Positions 27,260 to 37,370 of a stretch of 64,000 bases of DNA are shown here, piece after piece. The DNA lies in IMG/VR virus record IMGVR_UViG_3300042545_002012. One strand, written 5' to 3'. The translations under genes were made by a program, and so were the position numbers. Origin of the DNA: an uncultured virus (IMG/VR IMGVR_UViG_3300042545_002012) (lineage: Duplodnaviria > Heunggongvirae > Uroviricota > Caudoviricetes). Within the stretch, counting starts at the first letter, position 1, and every line of letters begins with the position of its first letter. A model generated the notes under the pieces. That model searched no databases, was not told the DNA's origin, and saw only the letters and a program-made list of their open reading frames with translations.

Positions 27260-30200
27260 ATGGCTGATGAGAATTACGCAATTAGAGTAAGTTTTGATGG
27301 CATCGACAAGGCGATCAGTGACATCAAAACTTTGCAATCTGCGATCGGTAATATCAAAGCACCCGTCTTAAATTTGGGCGGCGCGGATGCTTCTAACATA
27401 GCTGTCGCTGCACTAAAAAAACTACAGCTAGAAATAGACTCTTTAGAGAAGAAAAAGGCACAAAGCGGCGCAAACGACGCAACTAGATCGGCTGCTTTTA
27501 TTTCGCAACTAGAGAGGCAAAAAGCAGCTAGCGCTGTACGGGTATCAGATGGCGCTGACAAAGAGGCGGCGCGAGTTGCACAAGAATTACTACGATACAA
27601 ACAGCAATTAGCAGCTATAGATGCAAAGCTAATTAATCCTGCTGATATTGCTAACGCTAAAGCACTAGCGAGTGAAATCAATAAACTCAATCTTGACAAA
27701 ATCAAGAAAGGATTTGACGATGCGAGTCCTGTAACTTTTAATCAATTTATTGGTGCTACTACTGAGAAAGCGCGAGATTTAGCTGAGCAACTACAAAATA
27801 CATCGCAGACATTAGAACGGATTGGCACTACTTTCAATCAAGTTTCTAGTGCTGCTAATCAGGCTTTTTTGGGGTTTGATACAGCTAAAACAAAGATTGC
27901 TACTTTATCCAGCGAGTCGGACGCTTTTGCAGGTGTAGCGGTCAAACTATCAGGTGAGCTAAAAAATCAGGTAACTAGCACTGAGATTTTAGGCGCACAA
28001 TATGAGATTTTATCTAGTGGATTCAGTAATGTAGCTGACGCTTCAGAGATTACGAGAGTATCGGTATTAGGTGCTAAAGCTGGTTTTACCGATACTGCTA
28101 CGGTAGCTGACGCAACTACATCAGTGCTTAATGCCTATGGATTGGCTGCTAGCGATGCGGCTTTAATTGTCGATAAATTTGCAGTTGTGCAAGATAAAGG
28201 TAAAACCACGATCGGACAATTTGCGGGGCAACTAGGAAAAATCGCTCCAATAGCAAAAGCAGCGGGTGTAAGTTTTGACGAAGTATCGGCGGCGATCGCA
28301 ACAACTACAGCTACTGGTATTAAAACAGAAAGTGCTGTTAGTGGAGTAAGACAGGCGATCGTTACATTGCTTAAACCTACAGCAGCAGCAACCAAAGAAC
28401 TAGAAAAATATGGCATTGCAAACAGCGCTGCGATCCTAAAAACTGAAGGGTTAGCAGGTGTGCTTGGTAGGCTGTCCAAAGCGGGCGCTACATCTTCAGA
28501 GCAACTATCTAAGATCTTTACAGATGTTGATGGATTGGCGGCTGTATTACCTTTAATTAGCGGCGATCTTGGTAAATTTAACGATAATCTAGCGGCCATT
28601 GGTAATGCATCAGGTAAAGCACAGCAAGGCTTTGATACTGTCGCCAAATCTGCTGAAGGACAAATCACATCAGCAATTAACAAGATTAACGAGGCATTGG
28701 TTAATCTAGGACGCGGCGCACAAGTTGCATTCTCCCCATTAATAGCGGCTGTAGGCGGCGCGATTGATATCTTTAATCAATTACCCGCGCCGATCCAAGT
28801 AGGCTTAGGCGCGATCATAGGACTAGTTGGAGGTGTCGCCACATTAGGTGCGGCTCTCACAGCTTTAGGCGCGGCGGCTCCAGCTTTTGTTGGGGGGTTA
28901 AAGTTATTTGGTGGGGCGGCTGGTATTGCAGCTTTTGGTGTTAATGCCCTCACCTTTGCGACTACCCTAGCTAGTAATGCCTTTACACTGCTAACCACTA
29001 AAGCGGGATTAGCGGCGATCGCTCAAGGGGCACTTGCTGTAGGTACGGGAGTGCTAACAGGTGCGCTCACGGCTGCTAGTGTAGCGGCGTATGCACTGAC
29101 AACGCCATTGGGGTTAATTGTTATTGCTGCGATTCCACTAATTGCAGTAGGTAAGCAATTATCTTCAGCTTTTAATGTTTCGGAATCGACAAAAAGCTTG
29201 CAGGATTACAAGCAAAAATTAGCAGAATTACAAGCGCTACGCGGTAAGCTAGCGCCACCTGAGCAAACTACTGACGACGGATTAGGAAGACAAGGCGCAA
29301 CATTTGATATTTTTGGGGCGCAAAGGGGGCGACAAAAAGAAGTAATTGCATTTGCTGAAAATCAAAAGGAATATACCAAAGCCCTCGACGAATCACTCAA
29401 CGTATTGAATAAATACGGTGTAGCCATTGACGCTACAGGGGCTAAAAATAGATTAGGTGCCGAAGGAGTAGCGAAATTTAATAAAGAAACTAAGGAGCAG
29501 GTTGAAAATATTGATTTAGCTATTAATTCCTTGAAAGCGCAAGCTCAAGGCGCTTCTGATAACCCTGCTTTACAAAAACTTCTAAACAATGAGATTGCAA
29601 TATTCTCCAAACGCAAAAAACTTTTAGAAGATCGAATTGCTGCGGTAAATAGTACAGCAGCAGAGGAAGCATCAGCGATCGCTAAAGTAACCGATGAACA
29701 ACGCAAGCAAGCTGAAAGAATCAGGGAAGCCCAAAACCAAGACGCTGAAAAGAATATCAAGCGATCCTTTGAAGACACCAAAGCCAAACGCGATCGCGAG
29801 AATGCCAATGCAATCAAGGCAATCGAAGAAAAAAATGCACTCGCAAAAGGTGAGCTAGATCGCAAGCAAGCGCTAGAAACAGAGGCACTAAAGGAAAAGC
29901 AAACCCTAGCTTTACAAGATAAGCAACGCGCATTTGACGACACTCAGAATGCCAAAAAACTACAACTTGAAGATGCTCTTGATGCCAAGAAACGTGCAAA
30001 CGAGGAGAAACTAAACAAACTCAAGCAGGATTTTGATGACAAGCAAAATGCGCTTAAGGAACAGAGAGCAGAAAAGCAACGTAAGGATGACGAGTTGTTT
30101 GCAGCGCAACGCGCTCAACGTGACAAACAAGCGTCTGAGGCTTTGTCAAAAGCTAAGCAATTAATCAGTAATGAAGGCGCGATCGCTACTGCTAGCCCAG

Positions 30201-31207
30201 AAGATCGGGCTAGGATTGCAGCGCAAATCGAAGAAGAGAATCGCATTAGATCGCAAGCAGCGACCCAAGGACAGGGCGGAGTACAAAGCCAAGAACAGTT
30301 AGTTGCTCAAGCCAAGCAAATAGCTCAAGTATCCGCGATCGCTACGGGTGAAGAGCAGAAAAAAGTACAGCTTGCCTTAGACGAATTGGAGAAAGCCAAC
30401 AAAGCCAAGCAGCTTGAAATCGATAAAGCTGAAGATGCAAAGCGCACTGAGGTCAAGAGAGCTAGTGATAAGGCTTTTGAAGCTGAATTAAACGCTGCTA
30501 AGTTGGCTTTTGATGCTGAGCAAAACGCTGCTAAGTTGGCTTTTGAGAACACTGTACTCAAACCTGAAAAACAAAAAATCGAAGCTGAATTACAGGCTAG
30601 TAAATTAGCTTTCGAGAGAGGTGAACTTGCAGCAATTAAAAAGCAGCAAGCCGATGAAGAACGTGCTTTAAAACTACAGCAAACCAACGAGGACTTAGCA
30701 CTCAGGAAAGCTGCTGATGCTGAGCTAGAGACGATTAAGTTAGCTCAAAAAGAGAAAGAGCTAGCGCTTGATCGGGCGTTTGAGGATCAGAAAATCGAAC
30801 GTGAGAGAGTATTTAAAGAGCAACAAAGGGCGCTAGATAAAGCGTCTGCGATTGAGATACAACAAATCCTTGGTAAGTCTGCACAGCAAATTATCAGCGC
30901 TCTATCAGTCGCCAAAGGGGCTTCACCACTTAGCGGCGCTGTAGGGGTAGGTAAAGTTCCTGCTTTTGCTAGTGGTGTTACAAACTTCCGCGGCGGTATG
31001 GCATTGGTAGGAGAACGAGGTGCTGAGCTTGTGACATTGCCTAGAGGCTCTAATGTCCTACCTGCAAATCAGACTAAGAACGTATTGAACAATTCGGGCG
31101 GTAACAAAACCTATAACGTAAATGTAACTACAGGCAGTGGTAACGCTACAGAGATCGCTTTGCAGATACAAAGGGAGATGGCGAGATCGGCGGCGTTGAG
31201 TATGTAA
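27260..31207 (+). CDS. Tape measure protein (TP901-family core)
   Basis: ~1315 aa; Y.ILSSG, TSVLNAYGL and GKTT..Q motifs; Ala/Gly hydrophobic stretch; long coiled coil; C-terminal FASG...GG.ALVGERG.ELV.LP.GS.V. Confidence 0.93.
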   Translation: MADENYAIRVSFDGIDKAISDIKTLQSAIGNIKAPVLNLGGADASNIAVAALKKLQLEIDSLEKKKAQSGANDATRSAAFISQLERQKAASAVRVSDGADKEAARVAQELLRYKQQLAAIDAKLINPADIANAKALASEINKLNLDKIKKGFDDASPVTFNQFIGATTEKARDLAEQLQNTSQTLERIGTTFNQVSSAANQAFLGFDTAKTKIATLSSESDAFAGVAVKLSGELKNQVTSTEILGAQYEILSSGFSNVADASEITRVSVLGAKAGFTDTATVADATTSVLNAYGLAASDAALIVDKFAVVQDKGKTTIGQFAGQLGKIAPIAKAAGVSFDEVSAAIATTTATGIKTESAVSGVRQAIVTLLKPTAAATKELEKYGIANSAAILKTEGLAGVLGRLSKAGATSSEQLSKIFTDVDGLAAVLPLISGDLGKFNDNLAAIGNASGKAQQGFDTVAKSAEGQITSAINKINEALVNLGRGAQVAFSPLIAAVGGAIDIFNQLPAPIQVGLGAIIGLVGGVATLGAALTALGAAAPAFVGGLKLFGGAAGIAAFGVNALTFATTLASNAFTLLTTKAGLAAIAQGALAVGTGVLTGALTAASVAAYALTTPLGLIVIAAIPLIAVGKQLSSAFNVSESTKSLQDYKQKLAELQALRGKLAPPEQTTDDGLGRQGATFDIFGAQRGRQKEVIAFAENQKEYTKALDESLNVLNKYGVAIDATGAKNRLGAEGVAKFNKETKEQVENIDLAINSLKAQAQGASDNPALQKLLNNEIAIFSKRKKLLEDRIAAVNSTAAEEASAIAKVTDEQRKQAERIREAQNQDAEKNIKRSFEDTKAKRDRENANAIKAIEEKNALAKGELDRKQALETEALKEKQTLALQDKQRAFDDTQNAKKLQLEDALDAKKRANEEKLNKLKQDFDDKQNALKEQRAEKQRKDDELFAAQRAQRDKQASEALSKAKQLISNEGAIATASPEDRARIAAQIEEENRIRSQAATQGQGGVQSQEQLVAQAKQIAQVSAIATGEEQKKVQLALDELEKANKAKQLEIDKAEDAKRTEVKRASDKAFEAELNAAKLAFDAEQNAAKLAFENTVLKPEKQKIEAELQASKLAFERGELAAIKKQQADEERALKLQQTNEDLALRKAADAELETIKLAQKEKELALDRAFEDQKIERERVFKEQQRALDKASAIEIQQILGKSAQQIISALSVAKGASPLSGAVGVGKVPAFASGVTNFRGGMALVGERGAELVTLPRGSNVLPANQTKNVLNNSGGNKTYNVNVTTGSGNATEIALQIQREMARSAALSM

Positions 31208-31208
31208 A

Positions 31209-31409
31209 CTAAAAGCCAAACAGAGTAGAAAGATCTATGACTTTACCTAATCTATTCAAACAGCCTTTGCGACCTCGACTGATAGCGATCTGGCAACACT
31301 TTGTATAATGCAAATCCTTGTTAGATACAGGTATATGCCGATTGCGATCGGCTGATAAGGAGATATTACCGTTAGTCTCTTCAGCGCCGCAAATATCGCA
31401 AACTTGCAT
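31209..31409 (-). CDS. Small Cys-rich hypothetical protein
   Basis: CDIC...CC....GCLN. Confidence 0.5.
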   Translation of the reverse strand: MQVCDICGAEETNGNISLSADRNRHIPVSNKDLHYTKCCQIAISRGRKGCLNRLGKVIDLSTLFGF

Positions 31410-31475
31410 AATATTGTTACTTGATACGTTGGTTAATTATTGCAAGTATCTTGCAGGTTTTTGTATAGGAAATTA

Positions 31476-31520
31476 CGCAACAAAAAAGCCGATCAACAAG
31501 CGATCGGCTTTTTTGTTGCA
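31476..31520. terminator. Bidirectional terminator
   Basis: gcaacaaaaaagccgatc...gatcggcttttttgttgc. Confidence 0.7.
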
Positions 31521-32031
31521 AGGGGCTGACTCAACGCTAATAATAGGGTTTAACCTTGCTTCATGATTTTAGCTTAGAACTTCTACCTATTGACCACCTC
31601 AAACAACTCATTGAGCGCGATCGCTAAATCATTATTAGCTTTAGAGTGAATAGCACCTGTAGAATCTTTTGCTGATACAACATAAGAAAACTCAGAATTA
31701 CGATTGTAATCAAGATGATAGCCAATCTTATTCAGAGTAAATTTATAGATTGCAGATGAGAGTAAAATACTGTCAGACATATGACCTCTTACTAGGTTAT
31801 GTGGATAGATTCGACTGATAACCGAATCGGGCGATCGCTGTGATAAAGGCGATCGCTTTTAATTATTACATAGTTTTGCACTAATCCCGAATCAACCGAT
31901 CCTCTAACTCAGGATAATACTCACGGATCAAGCGCTTGGTTAATGCGCTCGTATCGATAGGGAACGGATTGCACACTTTGGGCTTTGGGCTTGCCCTTGG
32001 TACAGCTTTGGTGATGTCAAATTGTTCCATA

Positions 32032-32448
32032 CTATTCACCAATCCATTTTTGGCGATTACTGTCATTGACCAATCGTTCTTGAAATTTCTTGTTACGGGT
32101 TAGCTCGTACGCATAAAGTGCGATATGCGCTTTATGCAAATTGCTATACAAACTTAGTTCTTCGATTTCATCTTCGATCATTGATTTAAAAGATTGAGAA
32201 AGTTCTTTTTCTGATTTTTCTTCATCCAAATAAGGGATAAGAAATTTTAGATCTGGCTGGTTGGCGGCAAATAATACTAAAGCTTGAAGGATTTCTATAG
32301 ACTCAGGGTTATTCCCTCGCTCATTTCTAAAGCTTGCGACTTTACTCGCAGCTTTTTTTGACTCAAGCCAAATTGCATGTATGCCAAACTCTCCTTGCAA
32401 AGCCTCTTTTCTTAGACTGTCTAAGAAAGATTTATTAGGTGTATCCAT
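32032..32448 (-). CDS. Hypothetical protein
   Basis: AAGGAG RBS; 138 aa. Confidence 0.6.
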   Translation of the reverse strand: MDTPNKSFLDSLRKEALQGEFGIHAIWLESKKAASKVASFRNERGNNPESIEILQALVLFAANQPDLKFLIPYLDEEKSEKELSQSFKSMIEDEIEELSLYSNLHKAHIALYAYELTRNKKFQERLVNDSNRQKWIGE

Positions 32449-32467
32449 TTTTCTCCTTTGATTTATA

Positions 32468-32923
32468 TTAATGCTGATTGTTCGCTCTTCTCAACTCAGG
32501 CAACAAATTGATCGCAGTCTCATAAGCCATCTGTACCTCACGGAATTTGTTAGCATCGCCGCCCGTATCAGGGTTATGTAATTTCGCCTGTTTGCGGTAA
32601 GCAGATTTAATTTCCCTCTCACTATTTGGAAACTTATCCAAGCCCAAAACAGCAAGAACGGAATCGATCCCTTTATCCCAAAAAGTCTCAACGCTACCTG
32701 TTAGGTTTTCGATTGGCATTGCCTCGACAAATTGCCAGATGGTGAATGTTGCGCCTAGGGTTTGTCGATAATAGTTAGAGCTTTTACTGTTGCGGTAAAC
32801 CACATAGAACTTAGTACCACCTTCAGAAGGGCATACATTATCAATATAGTTGGGATGCACATCAAGCATCTTAGCAGCGCGGCGGCGCAATTCATCGAAT
32901 GAGAATTTGATTTTGATAGACAT
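32468..32923 (-). CDS. Protein with a C-terminal J (DnaJ) domain, HPD motif altered to NPD
   Basis: VLGL.....EIKSAYRKQAKLHNPDTGGD...F.EVQ.AYE. Confidence 0.75.
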   Translation of the reverse strand: MSIKIKFSFDELRRRAAKMLDVHPNYIDNVCPSEGGTKFYVVYRNSKSSNYYRQTLGATFTIWQFVEAMPIENLTGSVETFWDKGIDSVLAVLGLDKFPNSEREIKSAYRKQAKLHNPDTGGDANKFREVQMAYETAINLLPELRRANNQH

Positions 32924-32928
32924 TGGTT

Positions 32929-33255
32929 TTATCTTTTTAACCTATTTTTTAATCCAAGTACAGTACGCTCCGATCTATAGGAATCTGTTTCAATCCGACC
33001 GCCAAATTTTGCACACCTTGGACAAAGATCGGTAGTGTCAATAACTAGATCATGTTCTGTCTCAAAAACATTTTCACCGCAATAAAATACGATTGCAGTT
33101 TGCTTTGCACAATCGCTGCAAATACGGCGATCGCAGGTTTCATCATTGATTTTGCCATCACATAGCAAAGTAGCTTCATTCTCGCAGTATTGGCATAGGG
33201 TTAAAGCGCTTGCGACTGGTGTATCAAATAGTTGATATGGTGTAAATTCTTTCAT
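32929..33255 (-). CDS. Zn-finger hypothetical protein
   Basis: CQYC...ATLLCD....TCD..IC..CA....DLCP.C. Confidence 0.6.
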   Translation of the reverse strand: MKEFTPYQLFDTPVASALTLCQYCENEATLLCDGKINDETCDRRICSDCAKQTAIVFYCGENVFETEHDLVIDTTDLCPRCAKFGGRIETDSYRSERTVLGLKNRLKR

Positions 33256-33260
33256 GGTTT

Positions 33261-33896
33261 TTACCCGTTAATCTCGCAAGCTTTAGCAGCACAGAAATAC
33301 ATAGAATCAGAATATTTTGCAGCTTCTGAATGCTCAGCAATATATGCAGATTCGTGATAATCACCATAGCCAAGATTTATTGTGGTTTCAAGATCGTCTG
33401 CTGTAACAATTTCAGCCCAATCACAAAAATCCGCAAAGTGCCTGACATACCCGATAGTTGTTTCGATGTCAAATTGTGCATGGGACTTGTCCTCATGACT
33501 AAAGCTCAAATAGGTAAGCTCATCAACAGCACTAAGGAATGCGTCAACTACAGCGTCTTTAACCAGTTTCAGGACTTGGTAATCATCTTTGGTTAACTCT
33601 AGCTGATGAATAGGACGGGGGAACCTATAGAGCTTGTCACCAATAATACAAACATCAACTTCAAGCCCAGAAATATTATTTTCAATTTGATACTTTTGAA
33701 CTTGATCCCGAAACTCATGATAACAGCCAACCTCAAATAATCTTTGCGCTCCCAAAATAGAGCCTAGTGGTGTTTGCTTTGCGATTTCTTCGGCATTATC
33801 AGGCATAGGGAATGTGCGCTGACCTTTGACGCAAGCCATTTGCTCTTCTCTAAGGATTTTGACAAGTTCATCAGTTGTGTAGATTTTATCAAACAT
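33261..33896 (-). CDS. Hypothetical protein
   Basis: 211-aa ATG ORF with RBS. Confidence 0.65.
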   Translation of the reverse strand: MFDKIYTTDELVKILREEQMACVKGQRTFPMPDNAEEIAKQTPLGSILGAQRLFEVGCYHEFRDQVQKYQIENNISGLEVDVCIIGDKLYRFPRPIHQLELTKDDYQVLKLVKDAVVDAFLSAVDELTYLSFSHEDKSHAQFDIETTIGYVRHFADFCDWAEIVTADDLETTINLGYGDYHESAYIAEHSEAAKYSDSMYFCAAKACEING

Positions 33897-34001
33897 GATT
33901 AAGCCCTCTTTATCGCTACGATTTTGTCAGAATCAAATTAGCGGCGCGGCGGCGTAATTCATCGAATGAGAATTTGATTTTGATACTCATTGTTTTGCTC
34001 C

Positions 34002-34667
34002 TTAAAATGTATCTAGAGCCATAGTTAACAATTGATCTGGTGTTGCGTTTGGATTTTGATTAGCCCTGCGAACCGCCATAAATTCAAAAGACTCTATAAT
34101 CCTTTGCTCCTCCAATTCCATATTGTCGCGATTGCCATTGAAATGATCGCGATGAAACAAGACTTGATTGGCTTTGATAGTCCATTGTTTGAACTGATTA
34201 GGACTTGGCTTTGCTCCAAAAATTTGAATATGGCGATCGCGCAAAATATCAGTCCATGCATGACGCGCCATCAATCGACTCATCCGCAAAACTAAGCGCT
34301 GGTTATACTCAGTCTCTGATACTTTCTTCTCAAAAGCTGTATCAAAGCGGCGCTCAATCGACTCTTCAAAAAAGGCATCAACTAAAGCTGTTGCGATCTG
34401 ATTACCTTGTTTGTCTAACTCTCTAACTAAAAGCCGAAAGACCGAAATAGAAATTACATTGACAGGGGCTTGATTAAATTCTGTTGTCATCTTGGATGAC
34501 TCAAAACGCGCACCTAGTAAGCGTTTAAAGTCTCTTGATGCTACCGATCTGGATCTCTCGAAAAGGTCTGCTGCTTGTGGAACTGCGATCGCGTATTGAC
34601 CATCTGGCAACATTAGCCCATCAAATTGAGTAAACCCTAGATCGATTGTCGCAACTTGTGCTTTCAT
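34002..34667 (-). CDS. Antirepressor-like DNA-binding protein
   Basis: A.IDLG...FDGLMLPDG.Y.IAVPQ...ESIERRFD.AF pattern seen in cyanobacterial mobile elements. Confidence 0.5.
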   Translation of the reverse strand: MKAQVATIDLGFTQFDGLMLPDGQYAIAVPQAADLFERSRSVASRDFKRLLGARFESSKMTTEFNQAPVNVISISVFRLLVRELDKQGNQIATALVDAFFEESIERRFDTAFEKKVSETEYNQRLVLRMSRLMARHAWTDILRDRHIQIFGAKPSPNQFKQWTIKANQVLFHRDHFNGNRDNMELEEQRIIESFEFMAVRRANQNPNATPDQLLTMALDTF

Positions 34668-34738
34668 ATATCTATTAGCCTGTGTGTTAGGTTGATCGAC
34701 CCTCGGATGTTTTCGGCATCGCGGGGATTTATATTATT

Positions 34739-34960
34739 TTAGCATTTTTCAGCTTTCTTCTTAGCTCTATACCTACGATTCCTTTCAACTTGCGTCAAAG
34801 GCGCATCACCTAATAGGGGGCGGTGTGCGGGGCGATCGCTATCGGTACAGGTAAAGCCACATTTGCAGCGATATTGCACTGCTCCTGACTTGGCTTGTTT
34901 ACCATTGCGGCGCATAGGGCGATCGCAATGGTATGGGTTTGCGGGGTTAGGTTTGGGCAT
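34739..34960 (-). CDS. InsA-like Zn-ribbon small regulator
   Basis: C.RPM..NG...SG..QYRC.C.FT.TDSDR...PLT..ER.RRYR. Confidence 0.6.
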   Translation of the reverse strand: MPKPNPANPYHCDRPMRRNGKQAKSGAVQYRCKCGFTCTDSDRPAHRPLLGDAPLTQVERNRRYRAKKKAEKC

Positions 34961-35354
34961 TGTCCAAGCTGTTTAAAAGGTTTATAAGAAATTCGCCGTT
35001 TTGATATCCACTCTCGTATGAAGGATCGTATCTAGGCAAGATATCAGGAGCGCTAGACGTAGTTGGGAACGGGATTTTGATTTTATTCAAACCGTCAATT
35101 ACGCCTTGAGTGTAAGCAGATTGTTTTTTAGCTTCCGTAGTATTTACGTGATCCTCAAAATTCTTTAGCTTAAACACTTGATTAACAACGCTCTGCACTA
35201 TTTTGGGTAATGCTTTCAATGATCTGGCTTGCTCAATTTCCTGCAACAAATTAGAGTGAGATTCTAATTTATTAATAGCAACCTCTCCTGCAAGATTGCC
35301 ATTAATAAAAATACGGATATGCTCGTTAGCCGAGCACGAGATGTTTATATCCAT
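34947..35354 (-). CDS. Hypothetical protein
   Basis: Coupled ORF in a minus-strand cassette. Confidence 0.55.
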   Translation of the reverse strand: MDINISCSANEHIRIFINGNLAGEVAINKLESHSNLLQEIEQARSLKALPKIVQSVVNQVFKLKNFEDHVNTTEAKKQSAYTQGVIDGLNKIKIPFPTTSSAPDILPRYDPSYESGYQNGEFLINLLNSLDNAQT

Positions 35355-35560
35355 TATTCAAAACCAAAGAATGTTAGTTTGCCTGATTTTATGACTGAGA
35401 ACCCATAAGCATCAACATGATACAAGCTGTCACCTAAAACTAGGTTGATTTGCTTCCAGATTTGACTGGCTAGACTTCTATCCAAAGAAGTCAAAACTGT
35501 TAAATTACAACCTGTTACTTGGAATGCGTCAGCTAATTGTTGTGCTAGCAAAGTTTTCAT
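35354..35560 (-). CDS. Hypothetical protein
   Basis: aaggaaaacgaca-ATG (MKTLLAQ); TTGACA at 35622-35627 (minus). Confidence 0.55.
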   Translation of the reverse strand: MKTLLAQQLADAFQVTGCNLTVLTSLDRSLASQIWKQINLVLGDSLYHVDAYGFSVIKSGKLTFFGFE

Positions 35561-35652
35561 TGTCGTTTTCCTTTGTGTTATTTGTTTGGTATATATATAC
35601 ATTACTTTAGTAATCAACTAATGTCAACCCAAACCAAAAATAATTTTGCCCA

Positions 35653-35694
35653 CAAAAAAAAGCAGCCGATCAATTGATCGGCTGCTTTTTTTGT
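35653..35694. terminator. Bidirectional terminator
   Basis: caaaaaaaagcagccgatca-at-tgatcggctgctttttttg. Confidence 0.75.
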
Positions 35695-35695
35695 C

Positions 35696-35845
35696 CCTTG
35701 TTATTACGCTCAGGAAAAGCAGGTTTAAATAGTTGTCCTCTATCGTCCTTGTTATTACGCTCAGGAAAAGCAGGTTTAAATAGTTGTCCTCTATCGTCCT
35801 TGTTATTACGCTCAGGAAAAGCAGGTTTAAATAGTTGTCCTCTAT
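35696..35845. repeat. 51-bp tandem repeat, about 3 identical copies
   Basis: ccttgttattacgctcaggaaaagcaggtttaaatagttgtcctctatcgt starting at 35696, 35747 and 35798 (third copy 48 bp). Confidence 0.95.
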
Positions 35846-36074
35846 AGGAGTAGATTCTCTCTCGCTCCATGAATTTAAATATAGTTGATTACGTTAGTAA
35901 TGTCAACTATATTTTAAAAATAATTTTGCCCAACAAAAAAGACGATCATGCGATCGCCTTCAAACTCTCAAAAAATCATTACAAATCCACAAATCTCAGC
36001 TTTTCGATTCTCCGCTCATTAGGATCTAGATCAGCCAAATTTTTAACGCAATCAAAATATAGCATAGAGAGGAG

Positions 36075-36260
36075 CTACTTATATTTATTAGAGAGCCATC
36101 CGCTAATATTTGGCTCTCCTTTGTGCTTGCCTATCTGAGTGATAAATCCTTCAGATAGGGCGATCGCTCTCATCTTCTCAATTATTGCCACTGGCAAACG
36201 CAAATTTAATTGAGCATAGTGATCGCTGCTTCGTGGTCTGCCTACAGGTCGGCGTTCCTG
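36075..36260 (-). pseudogene. Start-less paralog of the small regulator 37171..37362
   Basis: QERRPVGRPRSSDHYAQLNLRLP...IA..EG..TQIGKHKGEPNISGWL; in-frame TGA upstream and no ATG before the RPVGRPRSSD motif. Confidence 0.5.
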
Positions 36261-36265
36261 TAGGC

Positions 36266-36787
36266 CTAGGCTAAAAAATCATTCACATCCAAATACTCAC
36301 AGCCCAGATTTTGCGCAAAGATGCGATCGCTGTCTCTACCCTCAGCATAGGCGGGGTTGCCAGAAAGATCTCCTATGTAATGGGTGATCTGGCCAAGCCC
36401 ATAATGATTAAGATACACGTTGGCGGAGTCTCCCAAGCCTATATTAGGCTTTCTGAAGTATGGGGCAATCGCTAACTGCTCTGTCCATTCGTCTGCCCAA
36501 AAAAACTTAAACCAGCAACTTTCCCCTTCATCAGGGCAAAAGAAAGCCCCGATAAAATTAGGCTGCTGCGCCATGAGCCAATCAAATTGAGCTTGTACCA
36601 CTTTGAGTGTGGTATAGCCGCGATCAATACCAGCTTGATTACTGATAATGATCGAACGAGGCGGTACTTTGGCTAGTACCTCTTTGATAAGGGGCATCTC
36701 AGCGCCCTTGTAGTTTTTCGGGTGACTGGCAGCGAAATTGCCTAGCTTACCCACCAATACTCCATCTCTGTCAAATGCAAAAAGCAT
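36266..36787 (-). CDS. HAD-superfamily phosphatase (polynucleotide 3'-phosphatase/GmhB-like)
   Basis: AFDRDG, ISNQAG, RKP and YIGD...SD..FA.N.G motifs. Confidence 0.8.
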   Translation of the reverse strand: MLFAFDRDGVLVGKLGNFAASHPKNYKGAEMPLIKEVLAKVPPRSIIISNQAGIDRGYTTLKVVQAQFDWLMAQQPNFIGAFFCPDEGESCWFKFFWADEWTEQLAIAPYFRKPNIGLGDSANVYLNHYGLGQITHYIGDLSGNPAYAEGRDSDRIFAQNLGCEYLDVNDFLA

Positions 36788-37170
36788 ATTTTTTTTACCT
36801 CTAAAACTAACCCTCTGAAACTTCCAAATCCAAACCAAGATCTTTGATCCTAGTTTTCAAAGCATGGCTGTCACACCATGCTCCGACAAGCTCATGCTCA
36901 TCGTTAAAATTTTCTTCGCAATCTGCAAAGAATTCTGGTTGGTATGCGGATACTACGAAGTATCCGCAAGTGTTCCCCTCCATATCTTCTTCCCAATACC
37001 CGAACAATTTTTTTGTTATTTGCTTGTCCCCTGTTTTTTATATGCTTAACCTTGAATATAATATTAAGCGCTTAAATATTATTTGTCAAGTACTATTTAC
37101 AACTAAATTGCTGCAAACTATTAGCAAGCTTAAATAAAAAAGAGTTCTATCTTATTGATAGAACTCTTTT

Positions 37171-37362
37171 TTATTGATAATTTTCAATCAACCAAATGAT
37201 CGCCGCGTTGATATTTGGCTGACCTTTATAAGAACCTTGCGAGGTTACAAGAGTCTGTTTTATAGCGATTGCCTCAAGAATATCAATGTGCTTTTGAGTA
37301 AGCAAAAATTGTTTCCTGATGCGATCGCTACTGCGCGGTCTGCCTACAGGTCGGTTTACCAT
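37171..37362 (-). CDS. Small DNA-binding protein (AT-hook-like GRP plus RHH-like)
   Basis: RPVGRPRS...RKQFLLT...L..IA...NINAAI.WL. Confidence 0.55.
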   Translation of the reverse strand: MVNRPVGRPRSSDRIRKQFLLTQKHIDILEAIAIKQTLVTSQGSYKGQPNINAAIIWLIENYQ

Positions 37363-37370
37363 TGCCTAGC

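Noticed and set aside
30470..30546. Short direct repeat aacgctgctaagttggcttttga in the tape measure gene
   Set aside because: An ordinary 11-residue periodic repeat typical of tape measure proteins
27274..30687. Minus-strand ORFs within the tape measure gene
   Set aside because: Antisense shadows of an Ala/Lys/Glu-rich coding frame; the same applies to shadow ORFs over the capsid, portal, terminase and FtsK genes
35696..35845. Possible CRISPR array for the csf genes
   Set aside because: The units are identical head-to-tail 51-mers with no unique spacers
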